NCBI RefSeq assembly: GCF_011386835.1
Contig: NC_088791.1
Location: 90,954,001 to 91,018,000 of the forward strand
From: Chrysemys picta bellii
Lineage: Eukaryota
Length of the DNA stretch: 64,000 nucleotides
Reading direction: 5' to 3'
A program made the position numbers and the translations under genes. Shown in pieces: positions 1 through 13,639 of the stretch. How positions within the stretch are numbered: the first letter of the stretch is position 1; every line of letters begins with the position of its first letter. Below the pieces are notes generated by a model. It was given only the letters and a program-made list of their open reading frames with translations, did not search any database and was not told where the DNA came from.

Positions 1-1212
1 ATTTTACTTTTACACTTGATAACCAAGTTTATGGTCCGTTCTATTTTCCTCACTAGGATTTGACATCCACTTTTTAAAGAATGCCTTTTTGCCTTTAACC
101 ATCTCTTTTTTTGCTCTGCTGTTTAGCCATGGTGGTATTTATTTTGTCTTCCTACTGTTTTTGTGGGTATCTATTTAGTTTGAGTCTCTATTATGGTGTT
201 TTTAAACAGTCTCCATGCAGTTTGCGTGCATTTCACCCTTGTGTCTGTTCCTTCTAATGTCCATTTAACTAGCTTCTGAATTTTTGTGTAGTTCCCTCTT
301 TCTGAAGTTAAATGCTGCTGTGGTAGGGTTTTTTAGCATTTCCCCCCTGACGCAGATGTTAATTCTAATTACATTATGGTTGCTATCACCAAATGGTTCA
401 GTTATATTCACCTCTTGGACCAGAATCTTCATTCCATTTAGGACAAAATCAAGAATTGCCTTTCTCCTTGTGGGTTCCAGGAGAACTGCTCCAAGAAGCA
501 GCCATTTAATGTGCCTAGAAATGTTATCTCTGCATCCTTTCTTTAGGTTACATATACAGAGTCAATATGAGGATAGTTGAAAACCCCCATTATTATTACG
601 TTTTCTGCCTTTTGCAGCTTCTCTAATCTTCCTGAGCATTTCACAATCACTGTTACCATCCAGTCAACTGATCAGCAGTATATTCCAACTGCTGTACTCT
701 TATTGTTCAAGCATGGAATTTCCATTCATAGACATTCTCTGGTACAGATTGATTCATTTAAGATTTTTACTCTATTTGACTCTATGCTTTCTTTCCCAAA
801 TAGTGCCACTCCTCCACCAGTGTGGCCTACTCTGTTATGAATATATATTTTGCACCCTGGTATTACTGCGTCCCATTGGTTATCCTCATTACACCAAGTT
901 TTCACAATGCCTAGTATGTCAATATCCTCATTTAATGCCAGGCACTCTAGTTCACCCATTTTAGTATATAAACTTCTAGCATTTGCGCATAAGCAAATTG
1001 ACATTTTGTCAAAATTCAGGTGCTTGCCTTCATGTGTTATATTTAAATGGGACTCCTTTTACGTTTGACTGTTCCTCACTAGCTCCTGTACTTCACCAAC
1101 TTCTTTCCTATCCTCTTTACTAGAATCTAGAGTTCCCCCTTTAATAAATTCATCCCTAAGGGATGTCTCCATCCAAACCCTGTGCACCTCTGCACTAGTT
1201 GGCTTTCCCCTG
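1..1212 (-). mobile_element. CR1 LINE fragment (ORF1-ORF2 spacer and APE endonuclease), degenerate; runs off the window start
   Basis: ORF 726..1004(-) reads CLCANARSLYTKMGELE...DIDILGIVKTWCNEDNQW...GGGVAL, the CR1 ORF2 endonuclease N-terminus. The reverse complement of 1081-1212 aligns by eye with the CR1 spacer at 61930-62080. Confidence 0.85.
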
Positions 1213-2404
1213 AAAGGCCATTTGGAACAGCATAGTAATGGTAGGGATATACAGCAGATTGTCCTATTCCTAAATCATAGCCCCTACTACTAGAGATAGG
1301 AGGGGTTCTCTCCCCCCCCCCATTGCAGCCCATTTAACACTGCACTGGCATACAGGGGTCATAAGAGACCCACTGCCAGCAGGGGAAGAATTTCCTCATG
1401 ACAAAGACCATGCCTGGAATGGGAGTTGAGAGTTCCTGCAGTAAACACTGCTACAGGGATTCTGGGTTGTTGCAAGATGTGGAGCAGCCTACAGACGGTA
1501 CTCTAGAAGCTCCCATAAGTGAGAGCAGCTTCTGGGTTGGAAGGGGCTACACCAGTCTCCATGACAGTCTAGAATTCTAGGGGTGTATAAGTTACCCTAT
1601 AAGTTACCTTTATGCCCCCTTCTCCTGGGCTACACCTTTCTGTGCTGTTAGCAGTACAGGTCCTAAGGAGATAGTTGAGTAGTTTAGATTCCATTCCATA
1701 TTGGTCAGTGGTGAATATACCCACAACCTGGGGATTGTTTCTCTTCCACTTCCTATTCCATGCACTGATCTTCCTCCTCCCCACTGAAGCGTGGGAGGGA
1801 TTTGTTATACTTTTTATATTGTCTGTGTATTCCCCTTGTAAACACTGTCACTTTTGTTCTAACAGCACAGGAGAAACTTTAACGTTCTTCCAGGGAGGGT
1901 CAGACAATTCTACAGCAGTATCTTTTCTTCCCCCCACCCATTTCCCCTCCACACCTTGTGGAATGTGCTCTGGAGGTCTGAGCTGGAGAAGGGGTGGAGA
2001 CTGTAGGCTGGGCAAATAAATGGGCAGGTCAAGAGGCGGGTATATATTGTCCCTCCTCTGGCCCTGCAGAGATGCTCCAAAAGAAGATAATACAGCCTGG
2101 AAGTATATTATTTTTTCCACAAGGACCCCAGGGGCATCTGCAGGCAAAGGGAATCCCTGGTTGCATGGCTCTAGAGTCAAGAAGCAGGGGAGGGCTGCTA
2201 GGTTCCAGATATGGTACGGAAGGACATGGCTTCTGTACCCCTGACTGGGATGTACTCCACAGGCTATTCCATGAGAGACAATCTTCTGCTCCTCTGCAAA
2301 ATGGAAGAGGGGACACTGAGACTCACCCTGGACTGTCTTGGACAACATTTTTTTTTTAAATGTCCTTACCTGTTTACAAACCCATTTTTATTATTTAAAG
2401 TCAA

Positions 2405-2504
2405 AGATCTGAAGAAGAGCTCTATGCTGCTCAAAAACTTCTCTTTCACCAACAGAAGGTGGTCCATTAAAGGATCTTACCTCACCCACCTTGTCTTTCT
2501 CTAA
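2405..2504 (+). mobile_element. Old Penelope-like element terminal fragment with decayed hammerhead core
   Basis: CTGAAGA-AGAGC...GCTC-AAAA followed by CACCAACAGAAGGTGGTCCATTAAAGGATCTTACCTCACCCACCTTGTCT. This is homologous to the right arm of the fold-back element at 17.5-17.7 kb. Confidence 0.55.
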
Positions 2505-2987
2505 GAATTTTATAGTGATTGCTGTTTAATTTTTGCATTTCACGTGGCTCCAACAGTGATTCCAAACTAGTCTCTTTAATCTCTTGGTAATCATGCATTA
2601 GCCCATTGTGGGTGAGATTGGGTTTCCTATGCTGGAGGAGAAGGCTTACATTTAAAACACAAATATAGCAAAACAACTTATACATATTTTTTTTGGTTCC
2701 TGAAAATATCAGAAATCATACTAAGTTTTGACCTTTTATTACTGACTTGGTAAGCAACTCTTGAAAACTTCCATGCTTCTACCTCTGTTTTACAGCTAGT
2801 TTTGGTGCCACTTGGTGCTTGGATAGTTCATGAATGTGATTTTATAAAAGTGTATATGCTAAAGCTGCTTGCCCTTTCTAATCTCAGTTGCATCCCCTCC
2901 ACCTACCCCTCAAGCAGGGAACAAGAGCCTCTTCTGGCACTATTACTGGCTTCTCACAGGCCTAACCCCACATACAACTGTGTGGAT

Positions 2988-3346
2988 GCATCTCAATCCT
3001 GACCTGCAGCACCCCCTGTATTCCAGTTAATAAGAGTAAAGTGAGTCAGCTCTTCAATGGAAGAAGCTAAACATGCTAATTAATATTATTCCAGGCTGAA
3101 ACAATAGCCCACTCCTACAACATCTTTGCCATTACACTTTCAATCCTAACCTGCAGTAGCCTCTGTTAGACCATTGCTAGGACCCTGCCTGCTCTGCCAA
3201 TGCACCTCAGTCCTGACCTGCAGTATCCCCTGCCATTCCAATCTTACGCTTTTCCCCAGAATTCCCCCCTCTGAATTCCAGCCCTGAGCTTTCACTACCC
3301 CCAGTGCACCTTGATCTTGATTTATAGCACTTTCCTCCTAATCCAG
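2988..3346 (+). repeat. Cluster of a degenerate satellite-like motif (GCACCTCAGTCCTGACCTGCAGCACCCC...TATTCC)
   Basis: Recognisable copies start at about 2988, 3134, 3201 and 3305. Confidence 0.55.
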
Positions 3347-5002
3347 ACTTGGTACCCCACAAGCAGTTCTGTCAATTTACTTCAGTCCTAAGAGGGTTTC
3401 CAGGGTGGGTACATGGCACAGGAAGATCACCTTTGGTTCAACCACCCTACTACTTCCAGTTTTTCTCTCCCCCACTCAAACCACCTTGAAAAGATATTTT
3501 CATTGTGGAGCAAACTTTATTTCACAAACAAAAAAAGAGCACATTTGATACAAGTGATTTCCAGGGCCAGCCATTTCGTCTGTTCCCTTTGTTACTATAG
3601 CAGATATGTGTAATGAATAAGAGCCTTTTCCCCTCCCCTCTCATATTCCTCCCTGTTCTAGCCTGCAGTGAAGTCACAATCCAGTGTTTGTAGACTCCAT
3701 GTGATGTCACAGACTCAGCCTTGTGACTTCACTTGCAGGATCAGGCAGAAGGTGCAGACGGGGCTGAGAGAAGAGAAAAAAGCCCCCTCCTCTTTACTCC
3801 CACCCTCTTGGTTTATAAAACCAGTAGCTGAGATAAATCGGAAGGGGGTGGGGAGAAGCAGCAGGGAAAGCTGAGAATCATGCCAGAAAGGTACAGTAAA
3901 TTGGCTTTATTTCTCTTCTTCTTGAAAGTTTAGAGTGTAAAATTGCCCTGCAGAGGCCAGATCTTGCAGACCACACGCGTGTGTGCCACCCAGTGACGCT
4001 CTGGCTGTACGGTGCATTCTCTGATAGCGTGTGTGGGGAGGGAGGCAGTGAGGGATGCAGGGTAGGGGCAGGGAAATCGCTTAATACCATTTCTCAGAGG
4101 AACGCAGCTGGAGTCCTATTTGGCTGGTCACAGTGAGCCTCTTTCTTGTCCATTTCAAAGGCCCCAGCTGCTGGCTGTTCCTTGCATTCTGTCTCTAGCT
4201 TTGAAACCGACATAAATGGGTTATTGGGTTTGTGGCTGTCGTGGCTTTTTTTTTTTTGGTTGTTGTGTGCGTGTGCTTTGCAGGTTCAGAGTGGTACCGG
4301 AGAAGAAGGGGGGGGGGCTGGTATTTGAATGTGGTTGGTGTATACATAAGGAGGGAGAAGGGCAGGGCCTCAGGGTCACATTTTCAAGAACTGTGATACA
4401 TGATTCCTACTTTTTAATATCTCCATCTTTTTAACTGATGACAGCAAAATAGCATGTAGGTGCATCAGCAAAGAACTGCCTCAAAATGACAAGTGGGGGG
4501 GGAGGGGGCTGGTTAACTTGCAGTTCCCTTTAGCAGTTTTTTCTGTGTCCAATTTGCCATTCATTTGAGATTTTGGACAAAGAAGGGGCAGTGGGTGGGC
4601 TGCTTTGAGTTTTGTGATATAATATGACTGGAGCGAGAGAGTAGAATGCAGACAATTAAGAAAGGAGCGAGGTCTTTGCTCATTCAGTCTGTTCAGGAAG
4701 CCGTCATTTTGTGTTAGTCTATGTGTCTGGAGGAGGAAGGATGGGGAGAGAGTGACAGTGAAAAGCTGTATGACACTGCGTTGTTTCTGTATTTATTAAA
4801 TATACACTCAAGGGAAAAGGGACTTCCAAGGAAATCAGCAGAGAAGGGTGTCTGTCTAAAAATGACCCTGCACTGACTCACATTCAACTGGACTCTTATT
4901 GACAGTGATGTAGTGTTTTTGTTCTATTTTTAAAACGAAGCGCTGGAGACAGAAGATGCACGAAGGTGCTGTGCAAGTGCCTCTCTACCACAGCGCTGCC
5001 AA

Positions 5003-5230
5003 TGCACCTCATTCTGATGACCAGCAGCATTTCTGCTATTCCATTCCTAGACCCTGATTGGCAGAGCTGTGTTCATCTCGTCCTGACAGTCTGCAGCATC
5101 CCTGCTATTCCATTTTCTGGTCCCCAGTGTGCTTCAGTCCTAATGACCTACAGCACCCCTTGCTTTTTTACAGTTGGACCCTCATGCACTTCTGCCAATA
5201 AATCTCAGTCTTGATGAACAGCACCCCCTT
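5003..5230 (+). repeat. Second cluster of the same degenerate motif
   Basis: Copies start at about 5003, 5073, 5130 and 5200. CTGCCAATGCACCTCA is shared between ~4996 and ~3194. Confidence 0.5.
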
Positions 5231-6794
5231 GCACTTACAGATTTGGTCTTTTGTAGCAGAGATGTATAATTAATTGTGCAGCATTCTTGCAGTCTAAACA
5301 GACAGCTGGATTATCAGAAGAGATGCACCTACTGCATGGTTCTGAAAATATTTAATTCTGCAGATGTCTAGGAAAGGCTCTGCAGACCACAGTTTGAGAA
5401 CCTCTGTGCTAATGTAACTTCAGAGGTTATCAGAGACAGGATTTGAATCCAGGTCTTCAGTGATGAAAAGCTATTGCACTGACCCCTCTGCATAACTAAA
5501 TTTCATCTTCTCTTCCCCCCCCCCCGGATTGCTGATATAACCCCTCGTATTTCTTTTCATCTCTTCTCCTTCCCCTGGCATTCAAAGGGTCTTACTGGCC
5601 TCTCAGCGGAGTTGTGAAGATTTGTTAGTTAGATAGCAAAAGTGTTTTTACAAAGTGTTGTGTTGGTTCCTCTGAGCCATGACCAGTTATTAGCTCCGAA
5701 GTGGAGCCTAGAATCATACCTCACCACTCCGAGAACGAAGTCAAATGACCCGTCACTCCCCCAGGAAATCCACAGCTCTCTCATTTCTGCTGTTTTCCCT
5801 AAACGACAGAAGACTGATGCGTGGCAAAATCTAGGTGGGGCTGACTAGTGTATCTGCTGTAATCTATGTGTGGAGCCACAATGTGATTTGAGGAAAGAGA
5901 ATATTGGAGGATGTGACCTAGCAGAGATTAGATATGGAAAAGAGTTAAACCTTGTCCTCTCCTCCGGGCAGTGCAGGATTGTTCCCCCCGTATATTCCTC
6001 TGGGCATTGTCCAAACCTGTTTCAAATGAGTGAAGTCATAAGGCTTCCACCACTCTTTTTTGCTTTTCTCTGAATTCCCTTCAGTATGCTGACAGACATT
6101 CCTTGATATTGTACCCAGGGGTTATCCCCATCCCCTATTGGAAAATCAGAGGATTCAATCCCTTTCCTACGCAAAGGAAGGTTGCCAGGTGTCTTCTCTC
6201 ACATTCATACACTGCTGTGAGGGAAGGAGGCAGGCTCCAGCTGGGCAGGAGATCTCAGTAAGAGGCTAAAAGCATTTGAGGTAAGGGAATTTCCCTCTTT
6301 CTGAGGAGGGGAAGTAATCCGGGAGCACATGCAAGGAGCTCTCTGAGAGCCAGAGAGAGCCCTGGGCAGGAGATGCCTGAATCCCCTGGAGAGCCTCCAG
6401 TGGCCGGTAAAGGGAAACTGAACAGATTTTCCCCCCCTTATTATGAGAGGCCCTCTTGCTGCTGCTGCTGCCACCACCATCACCCATTCCCCCGCCCCTT
6501 CAATCCTGAAGAAAAAGACTTAGGCATTAAAGAAACCCCATTTCCTCGAGATACAATGCTAACTAATTCCTGAGGTGGTGACTACCTCTTTTCAGAAATG
6601 TTAGCAGAGCAAGACAGAACCTTGATCACCTGAATAAATGAATTAATTTTATCATAAGTTGTGAAGCAGAGCCATCATCAGGAAAGAACAATTCCCCCCT
6701 CTCTCAGTTCTTTTTCCCCACTGGTGGACTGGCTGGCTGCATCATGGGCTAGAATTCTGTGTTATAAGCATCGTCCTTGGGGAATATGCCTTCT

Positions 6795-8500
6795 CATAAG
6801 AACGGCCATACTGGGTCAGACCAAAGGCCCATCTAGCCCAGTATCCTGTCTTCCAACAGTGACCAATGCCAGGTGCCCCAGAGGGAATGAACAGAACAGG
6901 TAATCATCAAGTGAATCCATTCCCTGTCACACATTCCCAGCCTCTGGCAAACAGAAGCTAGGGACACCATTCCTGGCTTTTAGCCAGGATGGGCAGGGAT
7001 GGTGTCCCTATTATAGTCTTGGCCTTCACAACATCCTCTGGCAAGGAGTTCCACAGGTTGACTGTGCACTCTGTGGAAAAAATACTTCATTTTGTTTGTT
7101 TTAAACCTGCTGTCAATTTCATTTGGTGACCCCCTAGTTCTTATGTTATGATAAGGAGTAAATAACACTTCCTTATTAACTTTTTCCATACCAGTCATGA
7201 TTTTATAGATCTCAATCATATTACCACTTAGTAGTCTCTTTTCCAAGCTGAAAAGTCCCAATATTATTATTCTCTCCTCATATGGAAGCCGTTCCATACC
7301 CCTAATAATTTTTGTTACCCTTTTCTGAACCTTTTCCAATTCCAATATAGCTTTTTTGAGATGGGGCGACTACATCTGTACACAGTATTCAAGATGTGGG
7401 CATACCATAGGTTTATATAGAGGCAATATGATATTTTCTGTCTTATTATCTATCCCTTTCCTAATGATTCGCAACATTCTGTTTGTTTTTTTGAATGCCA
7501 CTGCACATTGAGTGGATGTTTTCAGAGATCTATCCACAATGACTCCCAAGATCTCTTTCTTGAGTGGTAACAGCTAATTTAGACCCCATCATTTTATACG
7601 TATAGTTGGGATTATGTTTTCCAATGTGCATTACTTTGCATTTATCAACATTGAATTTCATCTGCCATTTTGTTGCCCAGTCACCTAGTTTTGAGAGATC
7701 CTTTTGTAGCTCTTCGCAGCCTGCCTGGGTCTTAACTATCTTGAGTAGTTTTGTATCATCTGCAAATTTTGCCACCTCACTGTTTACCCCTTTTTCCAGA
7801 TCATTTATGAATATGTTGAATAGGACTGGTCCCTGTACAGACCCCTGGGGGACACCACTATTTACCTCTCTCCATTCTGAAAACTGCCCGTTTATTCCTA
7901 CACTTTGTTTCCTAACTTTTAACCAGTTACCAATCCATGAGAGGACCTTCCCTCTTATTCCATGACAGTTTACTTTGCTTAAGAGCCTTTAGTGAGGGAC
8001 CTTGTCAAAGGTTTTCTGAAAATCTAAGTACACTATAACCACTGGATCCCCCTTGTCCACATGCTTGTTGACCCCCTCAAAAAATTCCAGTAGATTGGTG
8101 AAGCATGATTTCCCTTTACTAAAACCATGTTGACTCTTCCCCAATAAATTATGTTCATCTTTGTGTCTGACAATTTTGTTCTTTACTATAGTTTCAACCA
8201 ATTTGCCCGGTACTGAAGTCAGGCTTACTGGCCTGTAATTAGCAGGATCACCTCTGGAGCCCTTTTTAAAAATTGGCGTCACATTAGCTATCCTCCAGTC
8301 ATTTGGTATAGAAGCTGATATAAATGATAGGTTACAGACTACAGTTAGTAGTTCTGCGATTTCACATTTGAGTTCCTTCAGAACTCTTGGGTAAATACCA
8401 TCTGTTCCTGGTGACTTATTACTGTTTAGTTTATCAATTTGTTCCAAAACCTCTTCTAATGACACCTCAGTCTGGGACAGTTCCTCAGATTTGTCACCTA
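6795..8500 (-). mobile_element. 5'-truncated CR1 LINE (RT domain and 3' UTR)
   Basis: ORFs 7989..8564, 7530..7775 and 6980..7345 give KSPGTDGIYPRVLKEL, NYRPVSLTSVPGK, YLDFQKTFDKVPH, KFADDTKL and LEKVQKR. The 3' end reads CTGACCCAGTATGGCCGTTCTTATG on the minus strand, the same as the copy ending at 33015. Confidence 0.95.
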
Positions 8501-11500
8501 TATCATCCTCCAGGGATGATATATGCTTTCTCCCCACCCTGACATTCACAAAGGTCAGGTTCATATATATATATATATAATGAGTGTGAGTGCTGGGTTC
8601 AGGTCAGTGGTGCTGGTGGTTGTTCCTAGGACTGAATTTTTATTATTTCTGATCACTGGTCATGAAATCATTTGTGCTGCAGTGTTTTTTTTCTACCCTG
8701 GCAAATATGGAATTCTGGACCTTAAACTTGGCTAAGACACGTGCAAACTCACTGAGGGCTTAATTTGAACTGTAGCTCCTCTTTTACTGGTGAAGATGCG
8801 TAAGATGGAAAGACCCCCGCTCAACATTCAGAACCTTGACCAAAAACTGCAGTACTGGCAATTTTAAACAAAACAAGAAACCCAACATTTTTCTTGTAGA
8901 CAAAGTCTAATTGTTTCATAAACCTTTAAAGAAAAGTTAAATATCTGTCCCTCAGCTGAGACTACCTCTTCTGTCAAACTTTGCTCAGTCATTAGAGTCC
9001 CATGCACCTAGAAAAATAATTAGTTCCTATTTTCATCTCCAAGAGAAACAGTAATGACTATAGAAGCAAAGATTTATTATCTTAAAAATTAAGTCCAGTT
9101 AACTTAATTGGACTGTTTGTAGATCCTCTTGAACCTGGAAGTAGGAACTTCCCATGATGTTACTAACAGCATGGGACTCTGATCTATGTGTAGGCAATGC
9201 TCCTAGGATAGTAGGTAATACTCATATTTTAAAATCAGGTCATTCTGATTACTGTTTTGCTCCATGTTCCTACTTCAGTTCCAGCATGATTTTAGAAGAC
9301 TTTGCTGCTTAACTCTTAAGAGTCAGGGATTAATGGTTTTTGCAAATTGAGATTAGTGGCTTCAATACTGCATTGTTTCTAGCTCTTGCAGTTCTTGATG
9401 TAGCAGATATTAAAGTCAGTTGAATTTGAAGTTGTTGGGTTTGGGGTTTCTTGTGAAGGGTGGGGAAGATAAGGCATAAGGGAAATCAGAATATGATTTT
9501 TTTTTTTTTTTGGTCCAGTGTTTCATGAGTTACCGGAGTTACAAAATCCTGCTATATGTCATAACAAAACTGAAATTCATTGGAGCGTAACATTAGTTTC
9601 TGTCCCTGGAGGTTCCTGAGATTTATTGTATATCTAAATGGTCCTTCAGACTAGGCATAAGTATGGGTCACTTACTAGACAAGCCAAGGATACACAGCAT
9701 CCAACAATCCTGGTCCAGTCCTATCCACCTTGCTTACCCTCCACCTCCTGCCATAAGCCTGTCTCAAATGCTTTGTAATGTACCTAAACTTCTGTAATTA
9801 CATAGAAGTGGGGAGTCTGTTAAATACTAAGAGATCAGTGATGTGGAGAACCAACCCTAACCCTTCTTATAGAAAAAATACCCCCAAGGAAGTTTTTGAT
9901 CATCTGATATTCAAAACAACTCTTGCATACATGTTGGAAGAAACCAGTGAGGGAATGGAAGTAAGAATCTAATCTCAACTGTCTCTAAAACTTGAGATCA
10001 TATGTTACGGGGATTTAAAAATGAGGCGAGCCTGTCAAGTCTGGAAATTGCCACTCCCCTGTGGGCAGAAAAAAATCAACAAAGAAAACGCCTGTTAAAG
10101 GCAAACACATTTAAAAATCCCCTTCTATAAAACGTGCTCTGGCAAGGCAGAGTTGGTTTTCATAAGACTGTTTTAAGAGATGAGTGGTTCTTCTAATATT
10201 TTCTTCTTTTACTATTTTGATATGTTTAGTGATTCAGATAATGAGGATTTATTGATATAATGGTCTCTTCTGCCTCGCTGGAGAATGTCTTGCCAGTGAG
10301 CCATATATTTTGTATGGCTTACTATTTTAAATTCACACACTTAAAACATCTTCATGGACATGGGATCATTTTTCCTCAAAAGTTCAGCTCCTTTTGCTGG
10401 AGTCAGATTCCTTTGTCTGCGACATCAAAACCACTTCCACAGCAACCGAATTCTGATATTGCAAATGGAGGTTTCTGACAAGAAGTGAAGGGAATAAGCA
10501 GCAGAAGCTGAACAGATCTGAAGGAGGAAAAAAAAATCTTATTTTCATATGCTAGTTCCTTGTAAAAGCGAAAGATGGGGAGAGAGGAGTATTGAAATAT
10601 AAAGCGATAGAAGCAGAATTGTTTTCTATATTTCAGTTTTTGACTTTTTTTCCTCCCATGACACCCACAATCAGCCACTTGCATCAGTTTCTCCTTAGGT
10701 ATGCCCCAGAATTCTTCACTCTGGCTGATTTGATGTTGCAGCGATTGGACTGCAGGCCTCAGCACTGTGGCTTATGGTGTCTGGTGTCTGAAGGAGAGCC
10801 ATTTCCAAGTGATGGACCAAGTCATGACCACCAGGTTGAGAGACTCTGCTCTACATAAAATATTTCCATGAAGAAGCTAGACTTTTTGATTTGTATCTTA
10901 CGGGGAATCTAATGCCAGTGAATTAATGAGGGAGGAGCCCTCCAGGCTCTTACCAGAGTCCTGAGAGAGATTGAATACTGGTCTTCCCTCCAGTGGGTCA
11001 GATATAAGATGTTTTAGCTGAGTCACTGTGAAGGGAGTAGAAAGAAGGAATGGGAATAGTGCCAGAAAATACTAATGAATGCAGCCATACTGATGTCTCT
11101 CTCATTTCAAGACAGATGAACTGCTGTTGCTTTGAACTTGCCTAAAGAATTAGCTGTCCCACAACTACTGTAAGTTTCAGTCCATGGTAGTGTGGTCTAT
11201 ATGTGACTAATCTTGCTGGCCTCTTTTGTATTCTATATCTAGCTTTTTCTCTGGTGCCCATCCCCATAGCATCTAAGTGCTATAGATAAAAGTTGTACCA
11301 GTGACGGAGAGAGCATGTATACTACATGAAATAGAATGAAAGGGGAAATAATTTGATGGGATAAGGATGCTATTTTGGGGAGGTAATACAGTTTATGTGC
11401 CTGGGAGAAACCTGGCACAGCCACCTTTAATGTAGAAGTGTGTTAAACACCATTGTTTCAATCCTTTTTCTTCCCATAGATCGATACCCATGACTTTTGC

Positions 11501-13639
11501 GTGTGATTGTGACACCCCCTTCCCCAGCTCTTAATATATGTTACTGGAGTGTGGACATAACTGAATAACTACTGACCCATGGCTAGATCAGAATTGGTGA
11601 CCTCAATGTCTAAGGGAGCCTATCCCATCTGCAGTTGTCAGTCCTCTCAGGGTAAGAAGGAATTTTCAAATCCCCATGGGAACTTGTGTCCTGTGAGAGA
11701 CAGGAATGGGATTTGCAAGGTAAACCTGATGCTAAAGCTGACCAGTGCTATTTACCCTGTGAACTTTGATGGCTGCAGTAGTAGGAGCAGGGAGAAATTT
11801 ACTTGAGCCTTCAATGACTACTTAAATGCCTTTACTTTTCCCAGGATTCTTTGAGTCTCCATGCTAAAGGGTTCAAATGTTAGCTGTCATTTTGCCTCTC
11901 ATCCCACCCTCATTTATATATAAGTATTCTCACACTGAGACTTCCTGATGGGGATGAAGAAAAAGGAATGTAAGGGGAAAGAGGCAGGATTTGGAGGGTA
12001 ATAAATGGAGGGAAAGGGAGATGCCATTGTTGTCTATAGTTGATGTTGTGTAGACATTTGCACTAAAAGCAGGGACTTATGTCTTTCTTATGTATGTATA
12101 ATATAATATATCCTCTCTGTGTACAGCACTTATTGTTGGAGTACAGAATGAATTTTCTGAGAATTTACAAGCAAATCTGTTGATTAGTTTGTTATATTAA
12201 TTTTAAGATGCCCCTTTCAGAATTTTTTTTTTGGTGAGTAACAATTTTTTGGCTCCACCTAACAAATCTTTTTGTTTTGGTTTTTGTTTTAAACTTTGAA
12301 AAGTGACTCGCTTCAAGTATAGATGGCCTTGATCCTGCAGTTAGATCTGCACAGGTGTAGGGTTTCAGCCACATGGATCTGATTACAGGACTCGGACCTA
12401 AGTGTCTTAATGGGTTTAATTTTTAATTATCTCTATTAGTCATAATTATTTCTATATTGAAATGATTGTAGTCAAATGGTTGTCATTCAGTGGATTCTGC
12501 AGAATCTAAGATTTCTTTCCTCTAAAGAAACAAAATTGTAGCTCTCAGTTGTGAAGAAAAACTTTATACACATCAACCAAATGTAAACTGATGCATGGTT
12601 ATCTTCCTGAGTATGCAGGCAGCCTAAAACAATATCACTGAGGAGTGAACTGCCCCATTCAGCTCACTAGGATCGTTAACTCTGAAACCTAAAGATAACC
12701 ATTTAGAAGTCAATGTTGTTAACTACTTAATTGCTGATTATTTTAGCAGAAACAACCTGCTGATGTGATAAATGAGGCTTTGACACTTGTTATGAAATCT
12801 CTCATGGATGAGCAGCATAGTGCAAGTAGTTCTTGGACATAGCAAGTACTTGCCATATCACCTTGGTAACTTTAATTAGCATAATTACAATGGATACTTA
12901 TTCTAATACTTTACTATAAACCAACCCAGGTATCACCAGTGGCACATGTACCATAGTTTGAGTACTGCTGACAGTGTATCATCCCCAAATTTACAGCACA
13001 TACTCTTTCTAAGCACAAAATGAATTTTATAAGAATAAGTAAATGTGTTGATTAGTTTGAGTTGCAAATGTTTAAAAATTACTCCTCCTTGTTTCTTTTG
13101 AAGCATCTGGTAATGGCCATTGCTGGAGAAAGGAATTCCCATATGGAATAAGATCAGTGTCCTCTAGTGCAGTATCATATGTTCCTAATTATTTTTTTCA
13201 GTGTAACTTTTTTTGCATCTTTAACAAAGAAATTCCTGATTTTTTTAGAAGATGACTCATAGATTGTTTATATGTTCAAAAATCAAAAATATGCAGACCA
13301 TATATAACTTTCTATTGAGGCTGATTTCTTGTAAAATTAATACATCTTAAACATCATGGCCTATAAATGGCTTTGTATTTTATGTATTTTAATATCTATA
13401 AAAAAAATCCATCCTGTACTCTAAACTTTCAATCCAATTAATACCCCTCCCTCAAGATAACAGCCCTTATCATGGTCTTCCATCTCCAACAGGTTTTTAG
13501 CATCCTCTGAAAGGTCAACAAGATTTGGGCTATATCATACCAGGGAAAGGTAGGTTCCAAAGTGGAGTGTTCCTCATGGTGAAAACACTACCAGAAGCTG
13601 TATCACAGGAGCTCCACTAACCCCCTTGTGTCAGTATCA

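Noticed and set aside
1213-2350. Possible Gypsy integrase or gag remnants (LGIGQSAVYPYH...PNGL on the minus strand)
   Set aside because: There is only one short fuzzy motif, the hints on the two strands conflict, and no LTR or TSD is visible. It needs an HMM search.
5420-5500. tRNA-like B-box (GGATTTGAATCC)
   Set aside because: No cloverleaf can be built. At most it is a decayed tRNA-derived SINE head.
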